Source: an uncultured Gammaproteobacteria bacterium (GTDB lineage: Bacteria; Patescibacteriota; Patescibacteriia; UBA1558; S5-K13). From it: a stretch of DNA of 64,000 nt. Under the pieces are notes generated by a model. It was not told where the DNA came from. It saw only the letters and a list, made by a program, of their open reading frames with translations, and ran no database searches. The first letter of the stretch is position 1. Each line of letters starts with the position of its first letter. Positions 37,920-46,786 of this stretch are shown here, piece after piece. A program made the translations under genes and the position numbers. Location of the stretch: contig CAZXFD010000001.1 of the NCBI GenBank assembly GCA_964640635.1, forward strand, positions 177,302-241,301, in the 5' to 3' direction.

Positions 37920-39214
37920 TGGAAAAAATTATAACAAAAATTTTAAAATTCTTTAGTAAGTTGGTTTTAAAGAAATATAAACCAGAGATTATTGCTATTA
38001 CCGGATCACTGGGTAAAACATCAGCAAAAGAAGCTATTTCTCAGATGCTAGGCAGTAAATATAGAATTTGGCAAACAAAAGGAAACTTTAATAATCAAAT
38101 AGGTGTTCCTTTTACAATTCTGGGAATTGATAAATCTCCAAAAAAATCTATTGTAGGTTGGATTATTGTGTTTATAAAATCTTTTATGCTTGTTATCAAA
38201 ACAGATAAAAATTATCCAAAGAAAATAGTGGTAGAAATGGGAGCAGATCATGTTGGAGATATAGAGTATCTAGTTGATTTTATAGATGTGAGTATTGGCG
38301 TGCTTACCAAAATAGCCAGTGTTCATTTGGAGTTTTTTAAGAGTATTGATAATATTTTGAAAGAAAAAACCAAAATATTCAAAAATATAAAAAAAGATGG
38401 CTGGGCAGTTATAAATATAGATGATGACAAATTAAGAGATTATAGACCACGCATTACTCATTGTAATGTAATGACCTATGGTATAGATATTGAAGCAGAT
38501 GTTTGGGCAACAGATTTACAGATTATAAGAAAAGAACATTTTGTGGGCATGAATTTCAAAATTAGGTATAAGGGCAATGTAATACCAATATTTTTGCCAC
38601 GTGCACTTGGTAAAACACAGGTTTATGCTTTTTTGGCAGGGGCATCTGTTGCGCTTATTCATGGAATAAATTTAGTAGAAATTTCAATTTTAGCAGATAA
38701 ATATTTTTCACCTCGTGGAAGGACAAATTTATTAAAAGCAATTAATAATTCCAATGTAATTGATGATACCTATAATTCATCTCCTCAAGCAGTAAAAATG
38801 GCCCTTAATTTATTATATGAAATAAAAGAAAAAGAAATCATAAAAGGGAAAATCACAGTTGTTTTAAGTGATATGCTTGAGATAGGTGCTTCCAGTGAGG
38901 ATCGTCATAGAGAAATAGGTAGATATATTGCAGAAAAAGGTCTTAATAGTATAAATTATTTACTCACAACGGGTAATATGGCAAAATATATTAAAGAATC
39001 AGCTATTTCTTCTGGATTTGATCAAAAATTTGCTATGTATTTTGAAAGCAAAAAAGAACTTACAGAATATTTAAAAACAATTATAGAAAATGATGACCTT
39101 ATCCTTGTAAAAGGATCTCGTGGAACAAAAATGGAGCGCGTTGTTTATGAAATAATGGCCGACAAACATTTAGCAGATAATTTATTGGTTTCTGACTGGA
39201 AAGATGCAATATAG
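37919..39214 (+). CDS. murF: UDP-MurNAc-tripeptide--D-Ala-D-Ala ligase MurF
   Basis: Mur ligase P-loop ITGSLGKTSAKE, downstream of ftsI. Confidence 0.8.
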   Translation: MEKIITKILKFFSKLVLKKYKPEIIAITGSLGKTSAKEAISQMLGSKYRIWQTKGNFNNQIGVPFTILGIDKSPKKSIVGWIIVFIKSFMLVIKTDKNYPKKIVVEMGADHVGDIEYLVDFIDVSIGVLTKIASVHLEFFKSIDNILKEKTKIFKNIKKDGWAVINIDDDKLRDYRPRITHCNVMTYGIDIEADVWATDLQIIRKEHFVGMNFKIRYKGNVIPIFLPRALGKTQVYAFLAGASVALIHGINLVEISILADKYFSPRGRTNLLKAINNSNVIDDTYNSSPQAVKMALNLLYEIKEKEIIKGKITVVLSDMLEIGASSEDRHREIGRYIAEKGLNSINYLLTTGNMAKYIKESAISSGFDQKFAMYFESKKELTEYLKTIIENDDLILVKGSRGTKMERVVYEIMADKHLADNLLVSDWKDAI

Positions 39215-39346
39215 ATTATTTAAAACTTATTATTGATATTATTAAAATTGGTTTTGCCAGTTTTTTATTTTTAGTGTAATATTATATAGTGATTATATTA
39301 ATAATTAATTAAAATCTTAAACCTTAAAAGGAGTAAATAAAAAAAT

Positions 39347-40306
39347 ATGAAAAAGAAAATTTTGTTCGTCGTTGCGTTTTTGGTTTTTGCAGTTGTCATA
39401 TCAGGATGCTCTGTAAATCTCAAAAAAGCAAAAACTTTGAACCCAGAACAAGCTAAGACAAGAATTACTGAATTTATAAACAAGAACTTAATGAGTAATG
39501 GAGAGACTGTAGAAGTAAAAGATTTTGTATTGGAAAATGGTTTATACAAAATGTCAGTTGCCCTACCAAATAATCAAACAATAGATGCTTATATGACAAA
39601 AGATGGTAGCAAGTTTTTTCCACAAGTAATGGATTTGGCAAAAATTGAATCAGAAGCAGCTGGTGGAAGTACTGCTCAAGCACCTGTTGCAGAAGCTCCA
39701 AAAAGTGATAAACCAGTTGTAGAGGTTTTTGTTATGAGTCATTGTCCTTATGGAACTCAAATTGAAAAGGGTGTTATACCAGTTGCTGAAACACTAAAGA
39801 ATAAAATTGATTTTAGTATCAAATTTTGTGACTATGCAATGCACGGCGAAAAAGAATTGCAAGAACAATTGAAACAATATTGTATTTCAAAAGAACAGCC
39901 AGGAAAATATTTTGCATATCTTAAATGTTTCTTAAAGGCTGGGGACTCAGCTACATGTAGCAAAACAGCGGGTCTCGCATCAGTTGATTCATGTATTGCA
40001 AAATCAGATAAAGAGTTTTCTATCACAAAGAATTTCAATGATAAATCAACTTGGAAAGGTGATTATCCACCATTTTCCATTTTCGCAGCAGATAATACAA
40101 AATATGGAGTTCAAGGTTCCCCAACCCTTGTTATAAATGGTGCTCAAGTTGAGTCAGGTAGAGATTCGAAGAGTTTACTAGCAACTATCTGTACCGCTTT
40201 CAATAATGCTCCAGAAGAATGTTCTACAGAGTTATCAGGTGCTGCTCCATCAGCAGGATTTGGAGAAGGAACAACAAGTGGATCTACAGATGCTAGTTGT
40301 GAATAA
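39347..40306 (+). CDS. Lipoprotein with a thioredoxin/DsbA-like fold and a degenerate CPYG active site
   Basis: Lipobox VISGCS and VEVFVMSHCPYGTQ. Weak assignment. Confidence 0.4.
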   Translation: MKKKILFVVAFLVFAVVISGCSVNLKKAKTLNPEQAKTRITEFINKNLMSNGETVEVKDFVLENGLYKMSVALPNNQTIDAYMTKDGSKFFPQVMDLAKIESEAAGGSTAQAPVAEAPKSDKPVVEVFVMSHCPYGTQIEKGVIPVAETLKNKIDFSIKFCDYAMHGEKELQEQLKQYCISKEQPGKYFAYLKCFLKAGDSATCSKTAGLASVDSCIAKSDKEFSITKNFNDKSTWKGDYPPFSIFAADNTKYGVQGSPTLVINGAQVESGRDSKSLLATICTAFNNAPEECSTELSGAAPSAGFGEGTTSGSTDASCE

Positions 40307-40423
40307 TATTTATTGATTTTTTATAAAAAGCCGTTCTTTATTGGGCGGTTTTTTCTTTTACTTTATATGTGCTAAAATTTAAATAGGATTAGTATGTTCT
40401 AACCCTACTAACCAACTAATTTA

Positions 40424-40439
40424 CCCCGCCATGGCGGGG
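40424..40439. repeat. Perfect GC palindrome CCCCGCC-at-GGCGGGG, ending 12 nt before the desulforedoxin ATG
   Basis: Seen directly. The hairpin loop contains an ATG. Confidence 0.7.
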
Positions 40440-40451
40440 CAAGCTAACCAT

Positions 40452-40586
40452 ATGAACGTACAAAAAGAAGGAGAAAAGTATTATTGTGAAATTTGTGGAA
40501 ATGAAGTAACTGTAACAAAAGCTGGTGGAGGAGAGCTTATTTGTTGCGGAAAGCCCATGGAATTATTGAAGGAAGTGACTGAATAG
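40452..40586 (+). CDS. Desulforedoxin-like small metal-binding protein (44 aa), absent from the ORF track
   Basis: [39 protein letters not shown] has the CxxC...CC spacing and flanks of desulforedoxin and the Dfx N-domain. Confidence 0.65.
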   Translation: MNVQKEGEKYYCEICGNEVTVTKAGGGELICCGKPMELLKEVTE

Positions 40587-40605
40587 AATTTAGTTGTTAG
40601 TGTTT

Positions 40606-40634
40606 TCCGCCAGAGGCGGATCAGCCTTCGGCTG
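40606..40634. repeat. Two adjacent GC hairpins (TCCGCC-aga-GGCGGA and CAGCC-ttcg-GCTG) downstream of the desulforedoxin gene
   Basis: Seen directly. Confidence 0.55.
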
Positions 40635-40647
40635 AAGAATTTAGAAA

Positions 40648-40680
40648 AAGAGTTGTTTTAAACGGCAACTCTTTTTTTCT
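40648..40680 (+). terminator. Intrinsic terminator
   Basis: AAGAGTTG-ttttaaacgg-CAACTCTT followed by TTTTTTTC. Confidence 0.7.
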
Positions 40681-40795
40681 TAATTTTTCTCGCGAAGCGG
40701 GATCCTGCAATAATTATAAAATATATGGAGACGTGGCCAGTTTCCTAATTTTCTAACCCTACTAACTTTCTAACCTCACTAACCCTCTAACCTCC

Positions 40796-40824
40796 TTGAC
40801 ACTATTTATTATTTTGCTATACTA
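40796..40824 (+). promoter_or_regulatory. Sigma-70-like promoter of the hrcA heat-shock operon (TTGACA, 16-17 nt spacer, TATACT)
   Basis: ttgacactatttattattttgcTATACT lies directly upstream of CIRCE. Confidence 0.55.
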
Positions 40825-40827
40825 AAT

Positions 40828-40854
40828 TTAGCACTCGTCTCTTATGAGTGCTAA
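40828..40854 (+). promoter_or_regulatory. CIRCE operator TTAGCACTC-N9-GAGTGCTAA overlapping the hrcA start codon
   Basis: Perfect match to the CIRCE consensus. The hrcA ATG lies inside the element. Confidence 0.9.
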
Positions 40855-41557
40855 GATACAAAAAAGTATGGAATTAAAAGACAAAGAATTACTTTTCAAA
40901 ATAATAGAAGAATATATTAGCTCTGCAAATCCTATTGGCTCTGCTTTTTTGGTTAAGAAAAAGAAAATGGATTGTTGCCCTGCAACAGTAAGAAATTCCA
41001 TGATGGACTTGGAAAAATTAGGATATTTGTATCAGCCTCATACATCAGCAGGAAGAATCCCAACCGAAAATGCTTATAAGCTTTATACACAAGAGCTAAA
41101 CAAAGACGAGAAGTTAAATTCAAAAATAGAAAAAAAGATAGAAAGCTTTTTAAACGAATTAAAAATAAAAGATAGAGTTACAAAATCAAAGGTTCTTGCA
41201 AAGATTATTGCAGAGGTAGCAAAGAATTCAGTTTTATTAGCTTTTTCAAAACACAATTATTATATTACTGGTTTTTCAAATATTTTGTCTCAAGTTGAGT
41301 TTGAAGATCCAGAAAAGTTAAGAGATTTAAGTCTTGTTTTTGATGAGCTTGAAAATATAGTTGAAAGAATGTTTAAGGGCGTTTCTGATAATGACGTTTT
41401 AATTGGCTCTGAGAATGAATTTTCTAAACATTTGTCTGTAATTGCGTCTCGAGCAAATTTAGTTCAAAATGAGGGCTTTTTGGCGATTCTAGGGCCTATG
41501 AGAATGAACTACAAGCAAAATTTAGGATTAATCAACTACTTTAAAAAAGCTTTATAA
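40844..41557 (+). CDS. hrcA: Heat-inducible transcription repressor HrcA (short form)
   Basis: N-terminal wHTH KELLFKIIEEYISSANPIGSAFL. Context is CIRCE plus grpE downstream. Confidence 0.75.
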   Translation: MSAKIQKSMELKDKELLFKIIEEYISSANPIGSAFLVKKKKMDCCPATVRNSMMDLEKLGYLYQPHTSAGRIPTENAYKLYTQELNKDEKLNSKIEKKIESFLNELKIKDRVTKSKVLAKIIAEVAKNSVLLAFSKHNYYITGFSNILSQVEFEDPEKLRDLSLVFDELENIVERMFKGVSDNDVLIGSENEFSKHLSVIASRANLVQNEGFLAILGPMRMNYKQNLGLINYFKKAL

Positions 41558-41584
41558 TTTTATAAACAATTTAATATAAAAATA

Positions 41585-42133
41585 ATGACAGAAGAAAAAG
41601 ATATACAAGAAGAAGATACTCAAGTAGAAGAGGCCGAAGAAGAAACATTAGACAAAGAATTCGGAGATGAAGTATTTTGCGCTAACTGTAAAAAATTAAA
41701 GGCACAATCAGATGAATATTTAAATAATTGGAAAAGATCCCAAGCTGATTATGAAAATTTGAAAAAACAAACAGAAAAAAGAATAAAAGATATTATAGAA
41801 TTTGGTAATGCTGAAATGATATTGGAATTTTTACCACTTTACAATTATTATTCTGTTGCGCTAAATCACATTCCTGAAAGTAGTAAAAAAGAATCTTGGT
41901 TTGAGGGTCTAAGTCATATTGACACTCTTTGGCAAGGATTTTTTGAAAAGTTTGGTATAAAGAAAATAAGCACAGTAGGAAATCAATTTGATCACAATAT
42001 TCATGACGCTGTTGATTTTGAAAGTGATAAGGATAAAAAAGATCATGAAGTGCTCAAGGAATTGCAAGCGGGTTATGAGCTTTCGGGGAAAGTAATCCAA
42101 CCAGCAAAAGTAATTGTTAATAAACTAGATTAA
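41585..42133 (+). CDS. grpE: Nucleotide exchange factor GrpE
   Basis: Acidic N-terminus, coiled coil and the GrpE C-terminal beta domain ...GYELSGKVIQPAKVIV. Confidence 0.85.
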   Translation: MTEEKDIQEEDTQVEEAEEETLDKEFGDEVFCANCKKLKAQSDEYLNNWKRSQADYENLKKQTEKRIKDIIEFGNAEMILEFLPLYNYYSVALNHIPESSKKESWFEGLSHIDTLWQGFFEKFGIKKISTVGNQFDHNIHDAVDFESDKDKKDHEVLKELQAGYELSGKVIQPAKVIVNKLD

Positions 42134-42141
42134 TATAATTA

Positions 42142-42190
42142 ACCCCGCCTTTGGCCCGCTTCGCAGTAGCGACAGCGAGGCAAGTCGGAA
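42142..42190 (+). promoter_or_regulatory. GC-rich structured leader upstream of hsp20, including its AAAGGAGA Shine-Dalgarno; candidate RNA thermometer or processing element
   Basis: ccccgcctttggcccgcttcgcagtagcgacagcgaggcaagtcgg includes the hairpin CGC-agta-GCG and a GCGAAGCGGG-family motif. Confidence 0.3.
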
Positions 42191-42206
42191 AAAGGAGATC
42201 AAAATT

Positions 42207-42617
42207 ATGAAATTAGTAAGATGGAATCCTTTTCTTGATGAGGGTGGTGACTGGGGAATGCTAAGTCCTTTTACAGGGGCAAATGCATTTGTGCCATCAC
42301 TTGATATTTATCAAGACAAAGACAACGTTATTGCAAAGGCAGCTTTGCCTGGAATTGACCCAGAAAATGTCAATATTTCTATTGAAAATGATATTTTGAC
42401 AATTGAAGGAACAATGAAAAAAGAATCAGAAGTTGATGAAAAAGATTATTACAGAAAAGAAATAAGTTCAGGATCATTTCACAGAAGTATGATTTTGCCA
42501 ACTAGCGTAAATGGTGATAAGGCAAAAGCAGAGTTTGCAAATGGAATACTAGAGATAACAATGCCAAAGAAAGAAGAAGTAAAACCAAAAACAGTTAAAA
42601 TTGAAATTAAGAAATAA
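42207..42617 (+). CDS. Hsp20/alpha-crystallin small heat shock protein
   Basis: Alpha-crystallin domain ...DNVIAKAALPGIDPENVNISIENDILTIEG...AEFANGILEITMPK. Confidence 0.9.
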   Translation: MKLVRWNPFLDEGGDWGMLSPFTGANAFVPSLDIYQDKDNVIAKAALPGIDPENVNISIENDILTIEGTMKKESEVDEKDYYRKEISSGSFHRSMILPTSVNGDKAKAEFANGILEITMPKKEEVKPKTVKIEIKK

Positions 42618-42624
42618 ACAAACC

Positions 42625-42656
42625 CGACCTCGTAGGTCCAAGGACCTTCGAGGTCG
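42625..42656 (+). repeat. Long near-perfect hairpin CGACCTCG-t-AGGTCC-aa-GGACCT-t-CGAGGTCG between hsp20 and the next gene
   Basis: Seen directly. About 14 bp of GC-rich stem with no U-tract. Confidence 0.6.
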
Positions 42657-42671
42657 TAAAGCTAAAACAAA

Positions 42672-42998
42672 ATGGACGGATCACTGATTTTCCCAAAAAA
42701 AATATTACAAAAATGCCCTGTCTGCGACGCAGATTATGATGCAAAAAAAGTGCAACTTTTAGATGCACAGGATTTGGATATATTATCTTATTTTAAGTGT
42801 GATAATTGCAAAAGTGGAATAGCTCTAAAGATTATGATTATGCCTCATGGCGTAGTAGGTCAGGCTATTGTCACGGATTTAGAACCGAGTGAAATATTAA
42901 ATTTCAAAAGCAAAAAGATACTAGTCAATAGCACAGATGTGTTGTATGTATATGATTTTTTTAAGAAAAAGAAGGATTTATTACGTGAAATTAAATAA
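42672..42998 (+). CDS. Hypothetical zinc-ribbon protein (CPVC...CDNC)
   Basis: Two CxxC pairs. No family recognised. Embedded in the heat-shock operon. Confidence 0.5.
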   Translation: MDGSLIFPKKILQKCPVCDADYDAKKVQLLDAQDLDILSYFKCDNCKSGIALKIMIMPHGVVGQAIVTDLEPSEILNFKSKKILVNSTDVLYVYDFFKKKKDLLREIK

Positions 42999-43008
42999 TT
43001 TAAAAATA

Positions 43009-43494
43009 ATGAAGAAAGATATTTATATAAAATTGATTGAATTTGGAAGAAAGAATTATTCGGGATTCAATTATGAAGATTTAAATAAATCTCAAGAATT
43101 AGATGATGATATTAAAGAAGTGGGGAATATTATGTTAAAAAATGCTTACAGTAATACATTTAAATCTATACATGGCGGTTATTCTAATTTAGAAACTATG
43201 TTTCTTGTTAAATCAAATAATGGCGGTTATATTGAAAATTATATTGATCCAAAAATTAAATATGTACTAAATTTAGATGCTGATTTTAAATATATAGATT
43301 ATCAAGAATTGAAACATGCAAGAAGAATGTCTAGAGAAGCAAAGAAAACTTCTGAGAAGTCTATAAAAATAGCTATTATTGCAATGATGTTATCTGTAAT
43401 TATTCCTATAATAGTTGCGCTTTTGTTTACACAAACCATAAAGGTAAACAGAAATCAGTTTAATGAAATAAAAACATTGATAAACAATAAATAA
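43009..43494 (+). CDS. Hypothetical protein with a C-terminal TM anchor
   Basis: Start set at MKKDIY. The longer track ORF overlaps the previous gene. Confidence 0.45.
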   Translation: MKKDIYIKLIEFGRKNYSGFNYEDLNKSQELDDDIKEVGNIMLKNAYSNTFKSIHGGYSNLETMFLVKSNNGGYIENYIDPKIKYVLNLDADFKYIDYQELKHARRMSREAKKTSEKSIKIAIIAMMLSVIIPIIVALLFTQTIKVNRNQFNEIKTLINNK

Positions 43495-43512
43495 TATAAT
43501 TTATAAAAGTAT

Positions 43513-44355
43513 ATGCCAAACAAAGAATTTTTAGAAGAATATCCTCTTTATAAAAGTTTTGAAACAGGAATCGTTCACGATAAAAGATACACTAGTGATA
43601 TTATAGATTTTACTAAAATTCCAAAACCAGCAATTCATATGTATTGCTCAACTTGTGGTTCTGGACAGACGTTTAATATGATAAATGATTATCATGAAAA
43701 TGAAAGTAATCAGGGCGTTATTGTTTTTGATAAGGTTGTTAGAGCGCTATATCTATGTTCGGCATGTGAGGATAACAAAAGATTTTTTATTATAAGATTT
43801 TTGTCAGAAAAGGTGAATGATTATCAATATAAAGTTATTGTTATGAAGGTTGGACAATATCCAGCGTGGGAAATTAAGATGAATAAAAATTTAAAGAAAA
43901 CTTTAGGAGAGCACTCTGGTTATTATAATAAGGGATTAATATGTGAATCTCAGAATTATGGCATAGGTGCTTATGCTTATTTTAGAAGAATAACAGAAGA
44001 TATAATTGATGAATTATTAGAATCAATACATGGTTTAATTGATGGAGAAGAGAAACAAGAAGAATATAAAAAAGCATTAGAGAATATACGCCAAGAAAAA
44101 AGAACATCTGAAAAAATTGATGTTGTAAAAGACTTATTACCAAATAGTTTAATAATAGATGGTATTAATCCATTAAAAGTTTTGCACGACGCTTTAAGTG
44201 TTGGACTGCATGGTAAAACAGACGAGGATTGTATGGAGCTTTCAGTAACTATTAGAGATAGTTTAGTTTATTTAATCAATCAAATTCTATCAAATAAACA
44301 AGGAAAAGAGCAATATAAAAAAAGCTTAGCTAAGCTTTCTAAAAAAATTAAATAA
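43513..44355 (+). CDS. Hypothetical protein with an N-terminal Cys4 zinc-finger (CSTCGSG...CSACEDN) and an alpha-helical C-terminal domain
   Basis: No confident family. The C-terminus is loosely reminiscent of DUF4145-type helical domains. Confidence 0.45.
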   Translation: MPNKEFLEEYPLYKSFETGIVHDKRYTSDIIDFTKIPKPAIHMYCSTCGSGQTFNMINDYHENESNQGVIVFDKVVRALYLCSACEDNKRFFIIRFLSEKVNDYQYKVIVMKVGQYPAWEIKMNKNLKKTLGEHSGYYNKGLICESQNYGIGAYAYFRRITEDIIDELLESIHGLIDGEEKQEEYKKALENIRQEKRTSEKIDVVKDLLPNSLIIDGINPLKVLHDALSVGLHGKTDEDCMELSVTIRDSLVYLINQILSNKQGKEQYKKSLAKLSKKIK

Positions 44356-44391
44356 TTTAAATATAAATTAAAATAATAATTCAGAAAGGAA

Positions 44392-44409
44392 CCCACGCCT
44401 GTGGCGGGG
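44392..44409. repeat. GC hairpin CCCACGCC-tgt-GGCGGGG, ending 11 nt before the dnaK ATG
   Basis: Seen directly. One mismatch in the stem. Confidence 0.6.
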
Positions 44410-44420
44410 TAAATAAAATT

Positions 44421-46352
44421 ATGAGCAAAATATTAGGAATTGACTTAGGAACAACAAACAGTGCAATGAGTATTATTGAGGGTGGAAAGCCAGTTATCTT
44501 GGAAAACAAAGAAGGCGCAAGAACTACTCCATCAATAATCGCAGTTGCAAAATCAGGTGAACGTCTTGTAGGACTTCTTGCAAAACGTCAAGCAGTTATT
44601 AACCCTGACAACACTTTATTTTCTATCAAACGTCTTATTGGTAGAAGATTTGATGACAAAGAAGTTCAAAGCGATATTAAGACATTGCCTTATAAAATCA
44701 AACAAGCTGGTGAGGGTGTAAAAATTACTCTTGGAGACAAGGATTATTCACCTCAGGAAATCTCAGCAATGATTTTACAAAAATTAAAAGCAGATGCAGA
44801 AGAAAAACTAGGTGAAAAGATAGAAGAAGCTGTTATTACGGTTCCAGCATACTTTGATGACGCACAACGTCAAGCAACAAAAGATGCAGGAGAAATCGCA
44901 GGACTAAAGGTCCGAAGAATTATCAATGAACCTACTGCAGCAGCTTTTGCATATGGTTTTGACAAGAACAAAGACCAAAAAATCGTTGTATACGATTTAG
45001 GCGGTGGAACATTTGATATTTCAGTACTTGATATTGGTTATGACGCAGAAACAAAGCAATCTACCGTAGAAGTAAAGTCCACTAATGGTGATACTCACTT
45101 AGGTGGAGATGACTTTGACCAAAAGATTATTCACTTTATTATTGATGAATTCAAAAAAGACCAAGGAATTGATCTTGCAAATGACAAAACCGCTTTACAA
45201 CGCTTGAAGGAGTCTGCAGAAAAGGCAAAGATAGAGCTTTCTACTTCAATGGAAACTGAAATTAATCAACCATTTATTACAACAGACGCTAGTGGTCCAA
45301 AGCACTTGGTCATGAAAATGACAAGAGCAAAATTAGAAGAACTTGTTGGAGAATTAGTTGATAAAACAATGATTCCTTGCCAAAAGGCATTAGACGATGC
45401 AGGACTTAAAAAAGAAGATATAAATGAAGTAGTGCTTGTCGGTGGTATGACTCGTATGCCATATGTCCAAAAGAAGGTAGAAGAATTCTTTGGTAAAAAG
45501 CCAAATATTACAGTAAATCCAGATGAAGTTGTAGCAATGGGTGCAGCAATTCAAGCAGGACAATTTGAAGGGTCTATGGGTAGTAAAGAAGTATTGCTTC
45601 TTGATATCACTCCACTTACTCTTGGAATTGAAACTCTTGGGGGTGTTATGACTCCACTTATTGAAAAAAATACAACTATCCCTACAGCAAAGAGCCAAAT
45701 TTTCTCAACCGCAGCAGATAGTCAGACTTCTGTAGAAATTCATATTCTTCAAGGTGAAAGACAATTAGCGCAGGATAATAAGACACTTGGCAGATTTATC
45801 TTATCAGGTATTCCACCAGCACCTCGTGGTATTCCTCAAGTTGAAGTTAGCTTTGATATTGATGCAAACGGAATTTTGAATGTAAAAGCAGTAGACAAGG
45901 CAACAGGAACTGAGCAGAAAATTACCATCACAGCATCAAGTGGTCTTTCAAAAGAAGAAATAGAAAAAATGAAGCAAGAAGCAGAAGCTCATGCTGAAGA
46001 AGATAAGAAAAAGAAAGAAGAAATAGAAGTAAACAATAATGCAGAAAGTATCATTTATAATACTGAAAAAATGCTAAAAGACGCTAGCGGAAAAGTTGGT
46101 GCTGACGTAATTACAAAAGTAGAAGACAAACTTAAGGAATTAAAAGATGCAAAAACTGCAAACAATGTTGAAGATATGAAAAAGAAAATGGAAGAAATGA
46201 ATGAAGTTGTTCAAGAAATTGGAAAAGCAATGTATGCTCAGCAACAACAGGCTCAACCAAATGGAGATGCGCAAGCAAACCCAGAAACTTCAGAAGAGCC
46301 AAAAAAAGACGAGCCAGTTGAAGCAGAATTTGAAGATGTTAAAAAGGAATAA
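44421..46352 (+). CDS. dnaK: Chaperone DnaK (Hsp70)
   Basis: [17 protein letters not shown] and the Glu/Lys/Ala-rich C-terminal lid. Confidence 0.95.
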   Translation: MSKILGIDLGTTNSAMSIIEGGKPVILENKEGARTTPSIIAVAKSGERLVGLLAKRQAVINPDNTLFSIKRLIGRRFDDKEVQSDIKTLPYKIKQAGEGVKITLGDKDYSPQEISAMILQKLKADAEEKLGEKIEEAVITVPAYFDDAQRQATKDAGEIAGLKVRRIINEPTAAAFAYGFDKNKDQKIVVYDLGGGTFDISVLDIGYDAETKQSTVEVKSTNGDTHLGGDDFDQKIIHFIIDEFKKDQGIDLANDKTALQRLKESAEKAKIELSTSMETEINQPFITTDASGPKHLVMKMTRAKLEELVGELVDKTMIPCQKALDDAGLKKEDINEVVLVGGMTRMPYVQKKVEEFFGKKPNITVNPDEVVAMGAAIQAGQFEGSMGSKEVLLLDITPLTLGIETLGGVMTPLIEKNTTIPTAKSQIFSTAADSQTSVEIHILQGERQLAQDNKTLGRFILSGIPPAPRGIPQVEVSFDIDANGILNVKAVDKATGTEQKITITASSGLSKEEIEKMKQEAEAHAEEDKKKKEEIEVNNNAESIIYNTEKMLKDASGKVGADVITKVEDKLKELKDAKTANNVEDMKKKMEEMNEVVQEIGKAMYAQQQQAQPNGDAQANPETSEEPKKDEPVEAEFEDVKKE

Positions 46353-46444
46353 GTTAAAAGTCAAAAAGTCATAAAGTTAAAAAGCAATAACCAAAACTTT
46401 ATAACTTTATGACTTAGTACTTTATAAACTTTATAACTAAATCT

Positions 46445-46741
46445 ATGACAGAACAAAATCAACAAGTGGAATTAAAAATCTCAGACAATATTCCTGGTGG
46501 TGAATATGCAAATGCAATGCAAATTTCTCATAATCAAGATGAATTTCATATGATATTTATGAATTTATTGCCACCTACTGGAAAAGTAGTATCAAAGGTT
46601 ATTACAAGTCCAGGACATATGAAAAGAATCATCGGTGCTATGCAAGAAAATCTCAAAAAATATGAAGATCAATTTGGGGAGATAAAAGAATCTTCAAGCC
46701 CAGAAAAAACAATCGGTTTTGCAGATAGAAAAGAATCTTAA
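46445..46741 (+). CDS. DUF3467 domain protein
   Basis: GEYANAMQISHNQDEFHMIFMNLLPP...VVSKVITSPGHMKRIIGAMQENLKKYEDQFGEI. Confidence 0.6.
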   Translation: MTEQNQQVELKISDNIPGGEYANAMQISHNQDEFHMIFMNLLPPTGKVVSKVITSPGHMKRIIGAMQENLKKYEDQFGEIKESSSPEKTIGFADRKES

Positions 46742-46786
46742 ATCAAAATCGCTAAATACTAAAAACTAAACTCTAAACACTAATAA

